DNA of 64,000 nucleotides from contig JAUCBJ010009081.1 in NCBI GenBank assembly GCA_032718475.1, forward strand, positions 24,550-88,549, read 5' to 3'. The DNA is from Nemertoderma westbladi (Eukaryota > Animalia > Xenacoelomorpha). The first letter of the stretch is position 1. The number at the start of each line of letters is the position of its first letter. The position numbers and the translations under genes are program-made. The notes beneath the pieces are model-generated. The model did not search any database, was not told the DNA's origin, and saw nothing but the letters and a program-made list of their open reading frames with translations. Of the stretch, positions 49,323-63,100 are shown in pieces.

Positions 49323-52300
49323 TATATATATATACTTTTATTGACAGAATAATATAAATTGAATTCAAATTAGCAGAGCACAATAACAGAAAATTCAATT
49401 AAAGCACAATAACGGAACATCAAAACGAAATCAATTTAAATAATTAATATAATACTCTGTCCAGATAAGGTAACTCATGGAACAAAATAGCAATATTACA
49501 TAATAATAATTACCTCCTTAAAAAGAGAGACGGGAACTCGAATTCTGAATGGACTATTTCCTCGATTATTCACTTAATAATATTTATGTATTGAAAATTT
49601 CTTGTACCTCACAACAATGAAACAGGATATCTATGGATGTATAATTACTAATACCAAGTTTACAGCGCAGGTCTTTAGTGTAATCACAGTGTAATAGCAC
49701 GTGTTCTTCGTCCTGTACTACACCCAGCTCACATGAACATACGCGGTCGCTAGGTGGCATACGTGACCACCTTCCTTTTTCGCTACGTAGGTTGTGTGAG
49801 AATGTACGAAATCTCGTAAAAGCTATCCGCTGGTAATCGGGTATGCCCAAAGTACTATTTGAGTACTGGAAAGCTATGGACTCATAGTGGATCCAGTGGT
49901 CACAAGTCCCAGATAGACCATATTCTGTTTCGTAGGAAGTACAGGAGCTCTATACAAGACTGTAATGCATTTACACTTCGCCCCTTCTCCAGTGATCACC
50001 GCCTTATTGTGGCCAAGGTAAGACTTAGTCTGCGTGCTAGCAGAACAACGAAATCTGCCTTGCCGCGGCATGACTGGCCCTCTCTGTTGCAACAGCCAAG
50101 TGTGAGATCCAGCTTCACACTACAGCTGAGCAACGGGTATGAGGTTCTTGCCTCTGAGGCGGCAGATCACTGTGAGGGCTATACTGCCTTCACAGAAGCA
50201 GTTAAGTTAGCAGCTGCAGAAACAGTTCCTGTATACCCTCGCAACAGGAAAAGGTCCCCCTGGACTGACAACAAAATCCAGAAGTGCCGAAATGACCTAT
50301 ATAAGGCGCAGAAAGAGTCCCCACTCAACCAGACTACAGTGGCCAAGAATGCAGTTAAGGCTGCATCTAGGTCAATGAACAGGCAGTACTCTGTTAATCT
50401 ACAGGAGCTAATAAACAAACAGGTTGATGCCATCAATGATGCTGACGACAGCAGGCAATCATCCCAGGCATGGAAATCGATCAACTTGCTTACTGGGCAG
50501 AAAAGCCAACCAACCACCAAGGTTAAGGCTGAATCACCAGCCGATCGCCTCAATGGTTGGAAGGCCCACTTTGAAAAGCTCCTCAATAATGACAGGGTAT
50601 TGCCTGATAACTTTATAGAAGTAAAAGTGTCTGAGTCTGTACTCCCAGATATTCCCATTGGCGATATTTCCTTTGCAGAAATGAAGGCTGCTGCAAAGAG
50701 CATTAAGACCAATCGTGCCAGTGGAGTAGATGGTGTTCCCCCTGAGGTCTTTAAAATACCTGAGTGTTTAAAGCTCATCTATCCCATCATAGTAGACATG
50801 TACCGTACAACAAGAGTCCCACAAGAAATGAAAACAAATAAGTTGGTGCCAGTTCCCAAGAAGGGCAACCTAACACTCTATGGTTCTTTTCGGGGAATCT
50901 CATTGATCTCGATTGCTGCAAAGCTATACAATAGAATTCTATTACATCGCATCAGGGATCCCATTGAGAGACTGCTCCGTGGAAATCAGAATGGGTTCCG
51001 TAAAGGTCGTAGGACCATGGAGCCCATTTTGGCACTTAGAAGGATAATTGAAGAGTTATCAAAAAAGAAAGACAGGCATCTGGCTGTTATCTTTGTTGAC
51101 TTCTTCAAGGCCTTTGATTCAGTCTCCCGCTCACGTATGTTCAGCATACTTTCATTATATGGGATTCCTGATGAAATTATTGCAGCAATCAGATCAGTAT
51201 ACGATGGTTCGACAACATTTGTCTCTACTGTTGACGGTGACAGAGAACCATTTGAAGTGTAATGGGATGTCCTCCAGGGAGACACACTTGCACCATTCTT
51301 GTTCATAATTGTGGTTGACTATGTTCTACGCACGTCCTTAGATCATCATAATGATGATGGGGTGATGATAACTCCACCTACTGGCTCCAGAAGTCGAGGA
51401 AATCCTGCCAAGTACCTAACTGATCTAGACTTTGCTGATGACTTAGGAGTACTCTCAGAATCACTAGAGGGAGCCCAACGGCTTCTCAGCTCATTAGAAC
51501 ATGCTGCTTCTAGCGTTGGTCTTTTTATTAACTCCAGAAAGACCAAAATTTTGACAGTTAACTTTGAAAGTCCTCAGCAAGTCTCTGATCGGATGAGCAT
51601 AAGCTCAAAAGATGGTATGCTTGAGCATGTGGATGACTTCTGTTATCTGGGATCATGGATCCGGAAGTCAGTAATCTTTACGTATCCTTCGAATATGTAA
51701 GGGAAAGGCATGGGCAGCCTTGAATAGGCTTTCCAGGATTTGGAAGTCACCGAGAATTAATCGGAAACTTAAGGTCCGATTATTTAGAGCAGGAGTAGTT
51801 CCAGTACTCCTCTGTGGGAGTCCATGCTGGGCTCTGTTACTCTGTTTCAGTGTTTGTGAACTTACCAAAATCAGAAATATAAATTCTGATGTTCTGAAGT
51901 TTATAGGCCCATGACCATCACCTGCTGAGGACACCAAATCTCTGGATGGCACATTCACAAGAATGCTACGCCGGGTTCATTGTGTCAAGTACAATGCACA
52001 CATCTCCAACCAGACACTATATACATTGGAGGTGTCTCATTGGTTCCCCCAAGCTTGACACTAGAACAAAATCGCCTCCGCTTTGCAGGACATTGCTTTC
52101 GCCGTGAGGACCAGCCAGTGCATAATCTTGTACTTTGGCAGCCTCATGGAGTGAATAAGCATGGTGGACAGCCCATGACTTTCTTGAGACGCATCTTAAA
52201 GGACACTGGCCCTGAAGATGCGGATGATCTAGCAAATGTCATGGGTGATAGGGAGTTGTGGCGGTGCAATTTTGTAGACAAGCCGGCACAGCATTCTTAA

Positions 52301-53547
52301 AATGCAGCTGCAATGCAACATGCCGATACTAGTAGTAACTATTTGAGTAAATTTCGTGAGCGCATAATTGAGGGTTTATATTTTCACGGTACAATCTAAA
52401 CTTTGTAGCCGTTGTCGGTTTATTAACTACTTTCCACCTTAGTGCCTTTAACGAGTAGGCCTCCACATCGCTATCGCAAGCAGTACTAAGTAACTGGAAC
52501 ATTTTTATGTTAGAATCCGACGTTAATTTAAATATTTGCTTGATGGGTAACGATTCATCTAATATTCTTGAATACTTCTTATAAAAACGTAGCTGTGATT
52601 TCAAAATGAGAGTCTGTAGGGGTGGTAACCCGCTTTCTAACAGGCATATATCATTCGGGGTAGTTATTCGTACACCTAATAGAGATTTTATTGCTTTCAT
52701 ATACAAAGTGTCTATAATCTTAAAATTCCTAGTTCGCGATGACTCGCTCCCATATATTGACACTGCGGCCAGACACGATTTAAATACTCTAACTTTCAAA
52801 TAATATGGCATTGAGCAATTAACAGCACAAAATATAATGAATTTATTGACCGCGTCTCTAAACCTAGTCGCATGTAAATCTAGCACCGAAGACATCTTTC
52901 CGTCCTCACAAAAAGGGGACCCTAAGTATATATAATTTTCACAATGACCCACTTCTATCCCCTGGAAACGTATGGGCTGTCTATCTGTGGTATCACCATT
53001 GATAACAAAAAATTTACTTTTTTTGTATTGATTCTCATCCCAAATTCTTCGCAGTAATTGACTAAGACATGGAATTTCGCTTCGCATGTGGCACGGCAGG
53101 TTGATAATATCACTGAGTCGTCCATTAGCAATAAAATCTGTATTACTCCGAGGTAGCCATCGGTTCTAAAAGCATTTCGTAGCCTAACAACTAACTGGTT
53201 TAGATAAAGGCAAAACAGAGGTACACTGGATGGTGCTCCTTGTTTGACCCCAAGGCAGGAAACAATAACTGCATCCCGTAGTAAGTTCTTTGTGCAGATA
53301 TATATGCTCTTTATTGCATATAACATACGTTTGCCACATCCTGCATTTCTTAACACTTCTCATAATTTCTCGCGAGGGACCATATCATAGGCTTTCTTGA
53401 AATCTATGAACATCACGAAAAGCTTAACCTTCTTTTGAGCAGCATAACCAATCAGCAACCTAAGGGACATAATTTGTTCAGAACAACCTCTGCTTTTACC
53501 ACATCCTGCTTGGAAACTATCAATTGACATCCACCGGAGTAGTCGGA
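49323..53547 (-). mobile_element. 5'-truncated LINE (RT plus CCHC finger, same general type as 41100-47357) inserted into BEL and split by an RTE insertion
   Basis: FIDFKKAY, GVKQG, LLMDD, YLG, then FRTFSHNL..GRW..CSC..DEEHVLLHC; 3' end has AATAAA and a (TA)n tail at ~49321-49342. Confidence 0.85.
49866..52337 (+). mobile_element. 5'-truncated RTE-type LINE with a 12-bp TSD
   Basis: EN end (QIDHIL..SDH), RT (ASGVDG, FRGISL, QNGFR, FVDFFKAFDS, QGD, FADD), RLRFAGH; in-frame stop at 51260-51262; (TAG)n-like tail; TSD actatttgagta at 49854-49865 and 52338-52349. Confidence 0.92.
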
Positions 53548-56500
53548 GTTACATGATCAACGCAGCCGTATATTGAGCCCTTACCCATGAGGCGATACCG
53601 ACGGAGAGGAAATCAGACAGACCATCCATTCTGGGCAAACATCTCTCGTGGAAGGTCTCCCAACCATCTATCGGCATACGAGAGTTTCCCATGGTGCAGA
53701 TCAGAATACATGGACAAGGTAAGAGTTTAATTATTTACTCCCTCCTTGATTCAGGTAGTACAGGCACCTTTATCGACAAAGATTTAGCCAATAACATATT
53801 TGCAGGCCAGGAGAAATTCCAAACTAAGCCTTAACCTCTCCGGAATTATGCAGGTATGGAAATCAACTGTGCAGACGGACTTCTTTGTGGGATCACTATC
53901 TACCCCACAAGATAAGCCAGGTAAAGATAGTATAAGGTATATTAAGATGGTAGCTATTAAGAACTTTGCCGCCAGTCAAGTAGAACCTTATAACTGGGAC
54001 GAGGACAGCTTTGCACAACAGTATAAGGTTCCCAGATTTAAGACCGACTATCCTGGAGTCCAGATGCTACTCGGCCAGAATGCGCATGAGGCACTAGAGA
54101 CACTAGAAAAGAGACCTACTCGACCGCGACCCCTACAAACCTATGCGGGACGAACTAGGGTAGGCTGGTACTTCACGGGACCATCTCAGCGAACCCTGAA
54201 GGAAAGAACTGAGAACATCTACATAAACTAGGTGAATGAGAATGTAGACACTGTGGATGATGAGACAATCTCAGCTGAGGAAACTACATGCTCCTCAGAT
54301 AATAGCGATATTCAGGTATTGTATGAGGAGGACAATACAATAGAACCCCTCACTGAGAATCAAGCCTGGATTAACCAAACCGAATTGTGTCATCTAATAC
54401 AACAGAACAACGAGTTGTTGGCCTATGAAGATGACGAGCTGAACGAGGTAGTGGAGCGATATAATTCTAAACTGAGAGATGAACATGCAGTGTGATTCTT
54501 TACATAAGAGGCTGTGGAACCTAACTCTTACGATAAAAACTCTATCAGTAGAGGAGGAGAGAGATAAATAAATCCAAGCGACAACTACTCGTTATCTCAA
54601 GGAGGAGGGTCGTTACGAGATCAGTTTACCTTTAGGAAATGAGAGCCCATCTTCACCAACAATCGACCATTAGCCATCAAAAGAATCGAACAGCTACACC
54701 AAAGCATATCTTCGAACGATAAAGCTAAGGAAATCATCTTGAAGAAGTTCATTGATAAGGGATACATGGAGCGAGTTCTGATAGAAACAGATAGAGCATG
54801 TATAATCTAACTCACCACTATGTTCCCAAACCCGGTAAATGCAACGAAGTCCGGGTGGTGTTTGATGGCTCCACCTTGTATAAAGGACAGTCCCTGAACT
54901 CAGAGTTGTAGCCAGAACCTAACTTACTACAATCGCTGTTGGGAATATTACTACGACTCCGGCAGTATTCCATCACATTTGCCTCGGACATTGAAGGCAT
55001 GTTTCTATATAAGTTAAAGCATTGCAACGAGACAGAGATAGCTTATGGTTCCTGTGGTGGCCTGAATGAGACTTCAATAAAGAACCGGTAGAGTACTGGA
55101 TGACCATCCAGGCCTTCGGTATTATCTCTCGTCCATCTAACGCTTGTTCGGTAGTGTGTACCATTGCTGACGAAAATTGAGACACCTTCCCCAAAGTGGT
55201 CATCGATAACATCAAACGCGATATCTACATGGACGACAACCTCAAATCCCTACCTATGGTGGAAGAAGCAATCGAGGTTGCCAAGGGAATGGTAGAGTGT
55301 CTTCAACATGGTGGATTCCGGTTAACTAAATTCACCAGCAACTCCCGTGCGTTTCTGGAGGCGATCCCAGAAGAAGAGCGAGGTGCTAAAGATCTTGACC
55401 TCATTAAAGACGACCTCCCAGAAACGAAAGCCCTTGGATTAAAGTGGGATACGGACAGGAATATTTTATTCTTCCAATTAAAACAACGCGATAATCCTGT
55501 TCGAACTAAGAGGATTTGCCTCTTAGTATTATAAGCACTTATTTTGATCCATTAGAATTTATTAGTCCTGTAATCCTAGTTGCTCGGAGTCTAGTTCAAC
55601 GAATGTGGCTCAAAACCACTCTTGGGCCACTTAAGGGAGAACTGTTAAAGAAGTGGATGATGTGGGAAGACTCTTTACCAGCTATTGATAACTTTAATAT
55701 TTCCCGCTCATATTTCGGTCAAGTTCTCCCCACTTATTCCTATCAACTCCATGTTTTTGGAGATGCCAGCAATTTTGGAATAGGTATAGTAGCCTATTTG
55801 AGCGCGTCGAAACTGCTGAAGGAATTAAAGTTTCATTGGCCACCTCAAATGCTTTGATAAACAATATACTACGGGTCCCTAGAGCGGAGTTAAAAGCGGC
55901 ATTATACGCTACCACCATCAGCAGGAATATTACTGAACAGATAGAATATCAGTTGGGTAAAACTGTTTATTGGATAGATGCATTACTCATTCTAGAATAT
56001 CTTACTAACGAAGTCTGCCAGTTCAGCGTCTTTGTCACTAACCGAGTAGCTGTTATACTTAGTCGCACTAATATAGACCAATGGTGACATTGCCCTGGAA
56101 CCATTAACCCAGCTGGCATAGCTTCCAGAGGAGTTATACCGAAAGAATTGACGGATACTCCCGATTGGTTAGGTGGCCCTGACTTCCTAAGTAAAGAGGA
56201 GGAGGAATGGCCCCGCCATCTTACTACGGCTGAGATCAGACAAGCCAAGGGAGCGGAGACCATTAAACCAAAAACCCGGATGAGTAAATCCAAACTGTTC
56301 AAACCAGTGATAGATCTGTCAGTACTGCATACGGCCAGTGACGTTGATAAGGATCTTAATGAAGAAAGGTCCAAAGATCCTAAGCGAGTGCCATTTAAGG
56401 CAGTTGTTTATATTCGAGAAAGAGATTGGAAGACTGGTATACCCGACATCTCTGAAGGACTCTCTCCTATCATTCAGAGAGTGATGGCGTATTATAGTTC

Positions 56501-57289
56501 TTAGAATAGGCTTTGTAAAGCCATAACCTACTTGAAAAGGTGGTTCTATCATCACTATTCCAACCCAACAGTAACCAATGATGCCATCCCAGGAGTAGTC
56601 GAAGAGGTCAATGCCATTAAAGACCTTCCCACTTATCAGCTACGTAACAAGTTTCTTGCTAACAAGATCTGTTACCAGGAGCATGATGATACCAACAAGA
56701 AACTACTGGACTTCTTCAATGTCATGAGGATCCTGAGAAGTATTTCCTGTTCTTGAGAAATCCGCAGATGCACTTATGGGATTCATTTTCTAGCATGGTG
56801 TTTGATGGGCTAATACGTGTTGGAGGGAGATTAACCAACGCACCCCTTTCCTTTGACACTAAGTTTCCCCTACTGGTTAGAAATCTTGAAATACAAATCC
56901 AGATGATTGTAGATGTACACAGTAGGCTTTATCATGCCGGTAGGGAACGAGTTCTTAGCGAAATTAGAACCCGCTAATTATTTTCATAATTCATAATTCA
57001 TTAAATTTTCATAATTCGCTAAATCAAGTTCTTAGGAACTGTATACCATGTAGCAAAGCATTTAGTAGGCCTTTAACCCAGCGAGAGGCAGAATTACCTA
57101 GGGAAGGAGGAAGTTGTTATGAACCACCCTTTACCAATACTGGTGTGGATTTATTTGGCCCTATTGAAGTGTATCACGTTAGAACTATAGTCAAGCGATG
57201 GTGCATTATAAGGGTTTGTATGACTTGTAGAGCAATTCATCTGGATATGGTGAATGATTTATGGAGAACCGAGAGTAATAGGAAATACA

Positions 57290-57600
57290 TTCCTTAGCAG
57301 CCCAACTGCACATGAATGTGCTAGAGTTCGGTTGGAAACCGAACTATAGCTCATTCAGAATTAATATACAGTATGTTGCTGAGAAATAAGAAGTACACAT
57401 TGAAAAATCTTCAACACCAAGGATGATCTTGCTATTGCACGATATAAAGACGGACATAGTAATTCCATCCCGGCATTGAGTGATCGTCAACTTGACGTTT
57501 ACCCTGAGTGTTTTTTGGAAGAAAGTCAGCCGCTGCATTTATCGATTCTAAAATATCGTACGACGTACGTGTACAAATCAATAATGGAGCGGTGATGCTC
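57290..57600 (-). mobile_element. Small decayed LINE ORF2 fragment
   Basis: AAADFLPK...MPGWNYYV resembles the PGWN linker motif of LINE ORF2 proteins. Confidence 0.35.
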
Positions 57601-57656
57601 ATTGGTGCAAAAAATATCGTCACTGAGTGTACAATCCAGAGAGGTACCGTATAACA

Positions 57657-57967
57657 GGTTAATCTATCCAATCATAGCCCAATCTTTTTTAAATTTTCGG
57701 TAGGTTCCATTGATCCATTACAATTTTTCGGTACGGGATAGTGAAAGTAAAATTAATTTTTCGAAAGCATCAGATGCTGAAAAGCAACAATATGAGGAGG
57801 ACACGTTGAGCGTGTCAACGTGTCCTCCTCATATTGTTGCTTTTCAGCATCTGATGCTTTCGAAAAATTAATTTTACTTTCACTATCCCGTACCGAAAAA
57901 TTGTAATTGATCAATGGAACCTACCGAAAATGTAAAAAAGATTGGGCTATGATTGGATAGATTAACC
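57657..57967. repeat. Near-perfect palindrome: 153-bp arms, 5-nt loop
   Basis: 57657-57809 is the reverse complement of 57815-57967 with about 2 mismatches; loop gcgtg. Confidence 0.95.
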
Positions 57968-58854
57968 CCACCGTGGTACTTCCATATAACTCTTAGTAAT
58001 TTATTAATGCCATTTCAAATATTTTACCTCTGAAGGGCCGGCGATTCGGGCCAAATGCATTAGGTTTTTGATTAATATTTTAATTAATTTATAAATTATT
58101 TTACGTTAAAAAATTAAAAAACGTTATTAAAAATTATAATCATATTTAATGTGATCTAATGATACATATTAATTTTAATAATAAGCAATAATAACTGAAT
58201 CTGGCTATCAACTATTTTTTTGCAATACTTAGATCAGGCGTGTCACATTCTATTAATAACATACCTCAATATTCTTGCATAATAATATATAATAAATAGT
58301 ATTATGTAAAAATATTGATAAACTTCCGTCTTTCGGTATGTCTGTCAAAATATTACGGACATGCCGAACGATGACCTATAAACAGACAGTATAGAATTTA
58401 TCAATTAGATGCGATTGCGGAAATGAAATCACCGTGTCAAAAATGCGAATCTCTAAAGAATATCTTTAGATGTTGTTGTGATAACTGAAAACTAAATACA
58501 ATTACTTGTCACTTTATATCCCCCCCCCCTCCCTCCCTCTCCCCCGCCCATATAACCTGTTGTGATGGAAAAAGCAGAGCACTCAAACTGGTTCTATCGT
58601 TTGTTATATTACCTGTTTTTTATTATCTTCTAAATACTAAACTGGTCGATTCAACATACAATGAAATTCGAAGATATTCGCATTTCTCTCCATGTTGGCT
58701 GTTGACACTATGAAGTTTCCTATACAATAGATACACGAAGTGGGGCCTTCGCGCAGCACGTGACTTAAATTTAATTTAAGTACTAATTCGAAAGTATTAC
58801 TGTATTAGCAAATTTTAAGCAGATTTCGCCTAATCACTTTTTACCTCTTTCATT

Positions 58855-59730
58855 TCTATTCAGACATTTCTGACTCTAGCGGTATAGTGAGAACTGAAGA
58901 TGGATTAGGGTCTCCAGCCCCACAAAGACACAGCCTATGGATGAATAGTACATACGTACATCGGCCAAGTTTCATCTTGAATAACGGATAACGAAATGAG
59001 AGACGGATCTCACTTTCAGAAATTTCGTCGTATAGCGGCAGACCGATTAAATCTCCCCCCCCCCCCCCCCCCCCACAAAGACGCAGCATGTGGTCCAGAA
59101 TATATGGCAAGATTCAGCTTAAACTGATTAAAATCAATGAGACGGGAGAATCTATTCACTTTCAGGCATAAAGTAGTCCTATAGCGGGTGACTGTTGAAC
59201 TGATTTTCAACAAAACAAATTTTCAACTTGGCAGCTTTAAATTCGACAAAGTTATAAGCATGTCAATATCATAACGACGACAACGATTTCACTTTCAGAC
59301 ATTTGGCCCTCTAGCGGCAGACTGGAGAACTGCAGATGGATTCGCCTCCTTTGAAAGTCACAGCTAATGGTCTAATACATATCTGCCAAGTTTCAGCTTA
59401 AACGGATTAAAAGCAAAGAAATGGGAGGGCATTTAATGTTTAGACATGTGGCCCTCTAGCGGGAGACCATTGCACTGATGGTGTCTGAAAGTCTCTCAAA
59501 AATCTCAACTTTTGCTCATATTGATACCTACAAATTTTCAACTTGGCAGCTTTAAATCCGACAAAGTTATTAGCATGTCAAAATCGTAACGACGACGACG
59601 ACGACAACGACGACGACGACGACGACGACAACGACGACGACGACAACTATTTGCATAAATTGACCCACCCCCTAACAGTGTCAATTCGCTAAGGCTCCGC
59701 CAACTTCGTGGCTCGCCCCACAGACAAAAC
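58855..59730 (+). mobile_element. Helentron/pearl-like non-autonomous element: ~150-bp core repeats plus (ACG)n microsatellite
   Basis: ttcagacatt..ctagcgg cores at ~58859, 59014, 59294 and 59439; duplicated block at 59217/59531; (acg)n at 59588-59646; GC-rich terminal segment. Confidence 0.45.
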
Positions 59731-60529
59731 CAAATACGCATCACATTCGCGTTTATCTCCCGTCACGGACGGCCGAAGTTTCGCTAAATTTAAACTTTCC
59801 CACATTATTCGGGATATTATTGTATTTTTCCCAGGTAAAAAAATTCCACCAATCACTGTTTTGTTCTATAGATTTCGTCGCTACAAATAATGTGTGGGAA
59901 GGGAAGGGAATGAACCTTCCCGCTGCCATGGAGCCCAAGGTAAGGAGGTAAGAAAGCTCAGCTGAGATGCTGAGAAACTCAGCTGATCTAATGCGAATTA
60001 GGTATAACAAATTTGTATTCGCGGCTTCCAGCCAATTTTAACGTATTGTTTGTTACAAAAGGGGATTATTATTACATATTAAATAGATATTATACCTAAA
60101 GTATTTTGTATACTTGCACTTTTCAATTATTATTTTCAGTACATTGCAATTTCATAATAGGCAACAAACAAATGAAATAAATATCGACTAATCACCAATG
60201 CGTACTATAAACAAACCGTTTGTTATAAAATTGGAAATTAACTTTTTGTCATACCACTTAGAAATGATATCTTTGTTTGAGGTGTCTCTATTTTCTTCAT
60301 TTTCTCGCATCAAATTGACGCGTCTAACTCAAAAACTTGAGCCAATATTTGTTGAGTTGAATTTTTTTGATGATATCTTCTAATTAATTGTCACTGTGTC
60401 AGAGTGGATCCAGCATAAAAATGCTTCACATTGTAGTGCTTGACGGGGTAGTGTTTGGGTTAAAATCCGAGTAAAATCTGTAGAAATTTCGCAGTGTTGT
60501 GTTCATAATTAAGAGACTTTAGACATTAG

Positions 60530-61340
60530 AATTAAAAAGCTTGAGTTAATGCAATATAGTGGTACTTTTATTTAATTGTCAAGCAATGAAGTGGAGCCGG
60601 AACCGTCGGAAAATCCCAGGCCCATTATCTGTAAGTTTGAGTACCGCGGTCGGGCCACCGAACTTTTTGTTCGTAGGTTGCGTGGTCTAGTACCAAGGTC
60701 TTGCACACGGCCAGTGCGGTTTGTTTACACAACTGTCAAACTGCGCCAATCACTACCATCATTGAAACATCCGGTTCCAGATATTCTTGCGTCTAACGTC
60801 GTTTATTCTTTCTCTTGTCCCGCTTGTAAGGGGGAATATGTTGGACATAGCACTTGTTTGAACGCGTTAGACAGCATCAAGACGGGTCGGCCAATGATGG
60901 TAGTGAACAAGGCAAGACAGTTCACAACCATATCATGACACACCGCCGTGAGAAAGTTCTTCAAGCATTTCAAAGTAATTGCACGGCACCCATTGCGGCC
61001 TGTCCTGCAAAAACTTGAAATGTTTTATATACGTACGCGTCAGCCCGCCATTAACAAACAGAAACGTGATTGGCGCAAGTTTGAGGTGCTGCTTCCCAGT
61101 GGTTAGACGGATACACTTCTATCTTGTTTCACTTTACCTTTCTTTCTCCCTTGGGAACTTCTATCTATTGTCTCCTTTCTAGCTCTAGCTACTTGAGAAA
61201 GCCCCCATTGGGGCGAAACCTACTGATCAGCTGACAGTTGTCAGCTGATCACTGATTGCATGCAACGTCTACAGGTCAGTTTCTTTTTTACTGTTTCATT
61301 TGTACTGCATACCTACCGGTAAGGTTTTTACTTCATTGAT
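60530..61340 (+). mobile_element. 5'-truncated Penelope-like element (GIY-YIG endonuclease remnant) with a 16-bp TSD
   Basis: SNVVYSFSCPACKGEYVG GIY-YIG-type motif; direct repeat agactttagacattag at 60514-60529 and 61341-61356. Confidence 0.8.
61191..61280 (+). ncRNA. Variant hammerhead ribozyme-like motif of the Penelope element
   Basis: TTGAGAA(A)-gcccc catt ggggc-GAAAcct ... aggTC; U3-A8 variant core; stem I is weak. Confidence 0.45.
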
Positions 61341-62739
61341 AGACTTTAGACATTAGTACTTACGCAAACTCAGCAGTGCAATGGGGACCTGGCTAATTCT
61401 GGTGGGGTAAAGAAACGGTTGGATAGTTAGGTATTATAAATAACCCTAGGGAGTTAGTGTTCTCTTACATAATTATATTTACTCTACAATTATGGACACC
61501 CCATTGCCTAAACACAGTCCCACCCTGCAATCCTTTGTGCTAAAAGTTAGGCAGGACCAGTACGTTTCTCTACCTTGTTTTTAGGCTACCCCCATCACCC
61601 CCTGGAGCATTCAGTGTTCTGATCCTCGTTATTTGCACTCACACAGACTCATTAGAATCGTTCGTGAAACAAAGGATCACACAATATAGTGATACTTTAA
61701 ATGCATAATAGTTATTAAAAATCCCTATTTGCTTTAAAGTAGAGATATAATATAATTAATATTAATTTCAATTCATTACTCAAGCTTTCCGATTAAAGGA
61801 TGATTTTTGGATCAGTATGGTTTTATTATAGTTATGGAGCATTTAAAACTCTAGAACAATAATAATTTCATACAAACAGACAGTAGGTAATCCTTGGTAG
61901 TATACAGTACTGTAATGTACAGTATGTACGTCGGTAGTTTATGTTCGTGTAAATAGATTTACTTCTACATATTATATGGTTTTGTTGATTTACCTTTACA
62001 GTACATGAGATGCATTACATCCTCCGCTGAGGGTAACGATATTATAAATTAATCGCTATTTGCGTGAATCTGGACAAATGCCCAATTCAATATAACGGAA
62101 TTTAAATTACGTAACGCAATTTATGTGCCATATATATTTAATCCATATCGTTGGCCCTGAAAAATAATTATTACTGTTTGGAAATTATTGGAAAACTAAT
62201 GGATCTTTGAGATGAGCATTGAGCATATCCTTGCCTTAAGGCCTGTTTACACGTGGCAACTTTTAGAGCAACTTTCTCGGCAACTTGTAGAGCAAACCAC
62301 CGAGAACCTTGTTTATACGTTGCCGAGCAGCGCAGTTGTGGTAGTGCTGAACTCCCATTGGTAACTACCGGCACAGGTATCTTACGCCCTATTGGCTGTT
62401 TCTATTCTCACAGTGTTTATATAGTTGATGTTCGTCCCATTATTTTCATGCACAACCTAACAACATATTACGCCCGTTACGAGTCATGTAACTTTCAGGA
62501 CTCTTGATATTTCACCTTGCTTCAAGCGATTTAACCGTGGGTGACCGTTCAATCCCCACCAAATTGAATGATAGGTGCTCTATCACCCCACACTAGCTTC
62601 TGAATAGCGAAGGGAGCAATAGAACACCTACCTGGGAATGGAGTGTGGGGGAGGCAGGCAGTTATCGGTGGTTAGTTTGGGGGCGTGTTGGGGGGTGGGG
62701 GGGCGCATAGATTATATTTAATCAGTCACTATGATGAAA

Positions 62740-63100
62740 CTTTCACTTTTGAATAACAATTTGACATGGTGATTTAATTTTGTCTGGCACATAATTTTGA
62801 AAATTGCCGGGTATTTTATCACAAAATGAAAAATGCCGATATCTCGAAAACCAAACGACAGAATGTTAAAAATATACTATTTTTGTGATTTTCTTGACCT
62901 GACTTTCAGTTTTGAATAACAATTGGACATGGTGATTTAATTTTTTCAGGCTCATAATTTCTTAAAAGTGCCGGTATTTTTTCAAAAAATGAAAAATGCC
63001 GATATCTCGAAAACCAAACGACAGAATATTTTAAAAATACCATTTTTGGGTTTGTCTTGACCTAGTGAATAACCATGCAAAACATTGCCATGGTGATTTT
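62740..63100. repeat. Diverged ~163-bp tandem duplication (~2.3 copies)
   Basis: gatatctcgaaaaccaaacgacagaat at 62838 and 63001; catggtgattt occurs three times. Confidence 0.8.

Larger units (their letters stand above)
47900..57265 (+). mobile_element. Decayed BEL/Pao LTR retrotransposon (gag-pol), interrupted at ~49323-53547; LTRs not identified
   Basis: Three Cys/His knuckles (LCEGLHYLSKC; CYNCLRRGH..C; CAKCGAKHHLLLH), protease LLDSGS (~53745), RT RVVFDGS and YMDD, RNase H LHVFGDAS/PRAEL, GLIRVGGRL, integrase GVDLFGP; many stops and frameshifts. Confidence 0.88.

Noticed and set aside
62236-62340. Harbinger-like terminus (taa|ggcctgtttacac)
   Set aside because: No matching second TIR found in the window.
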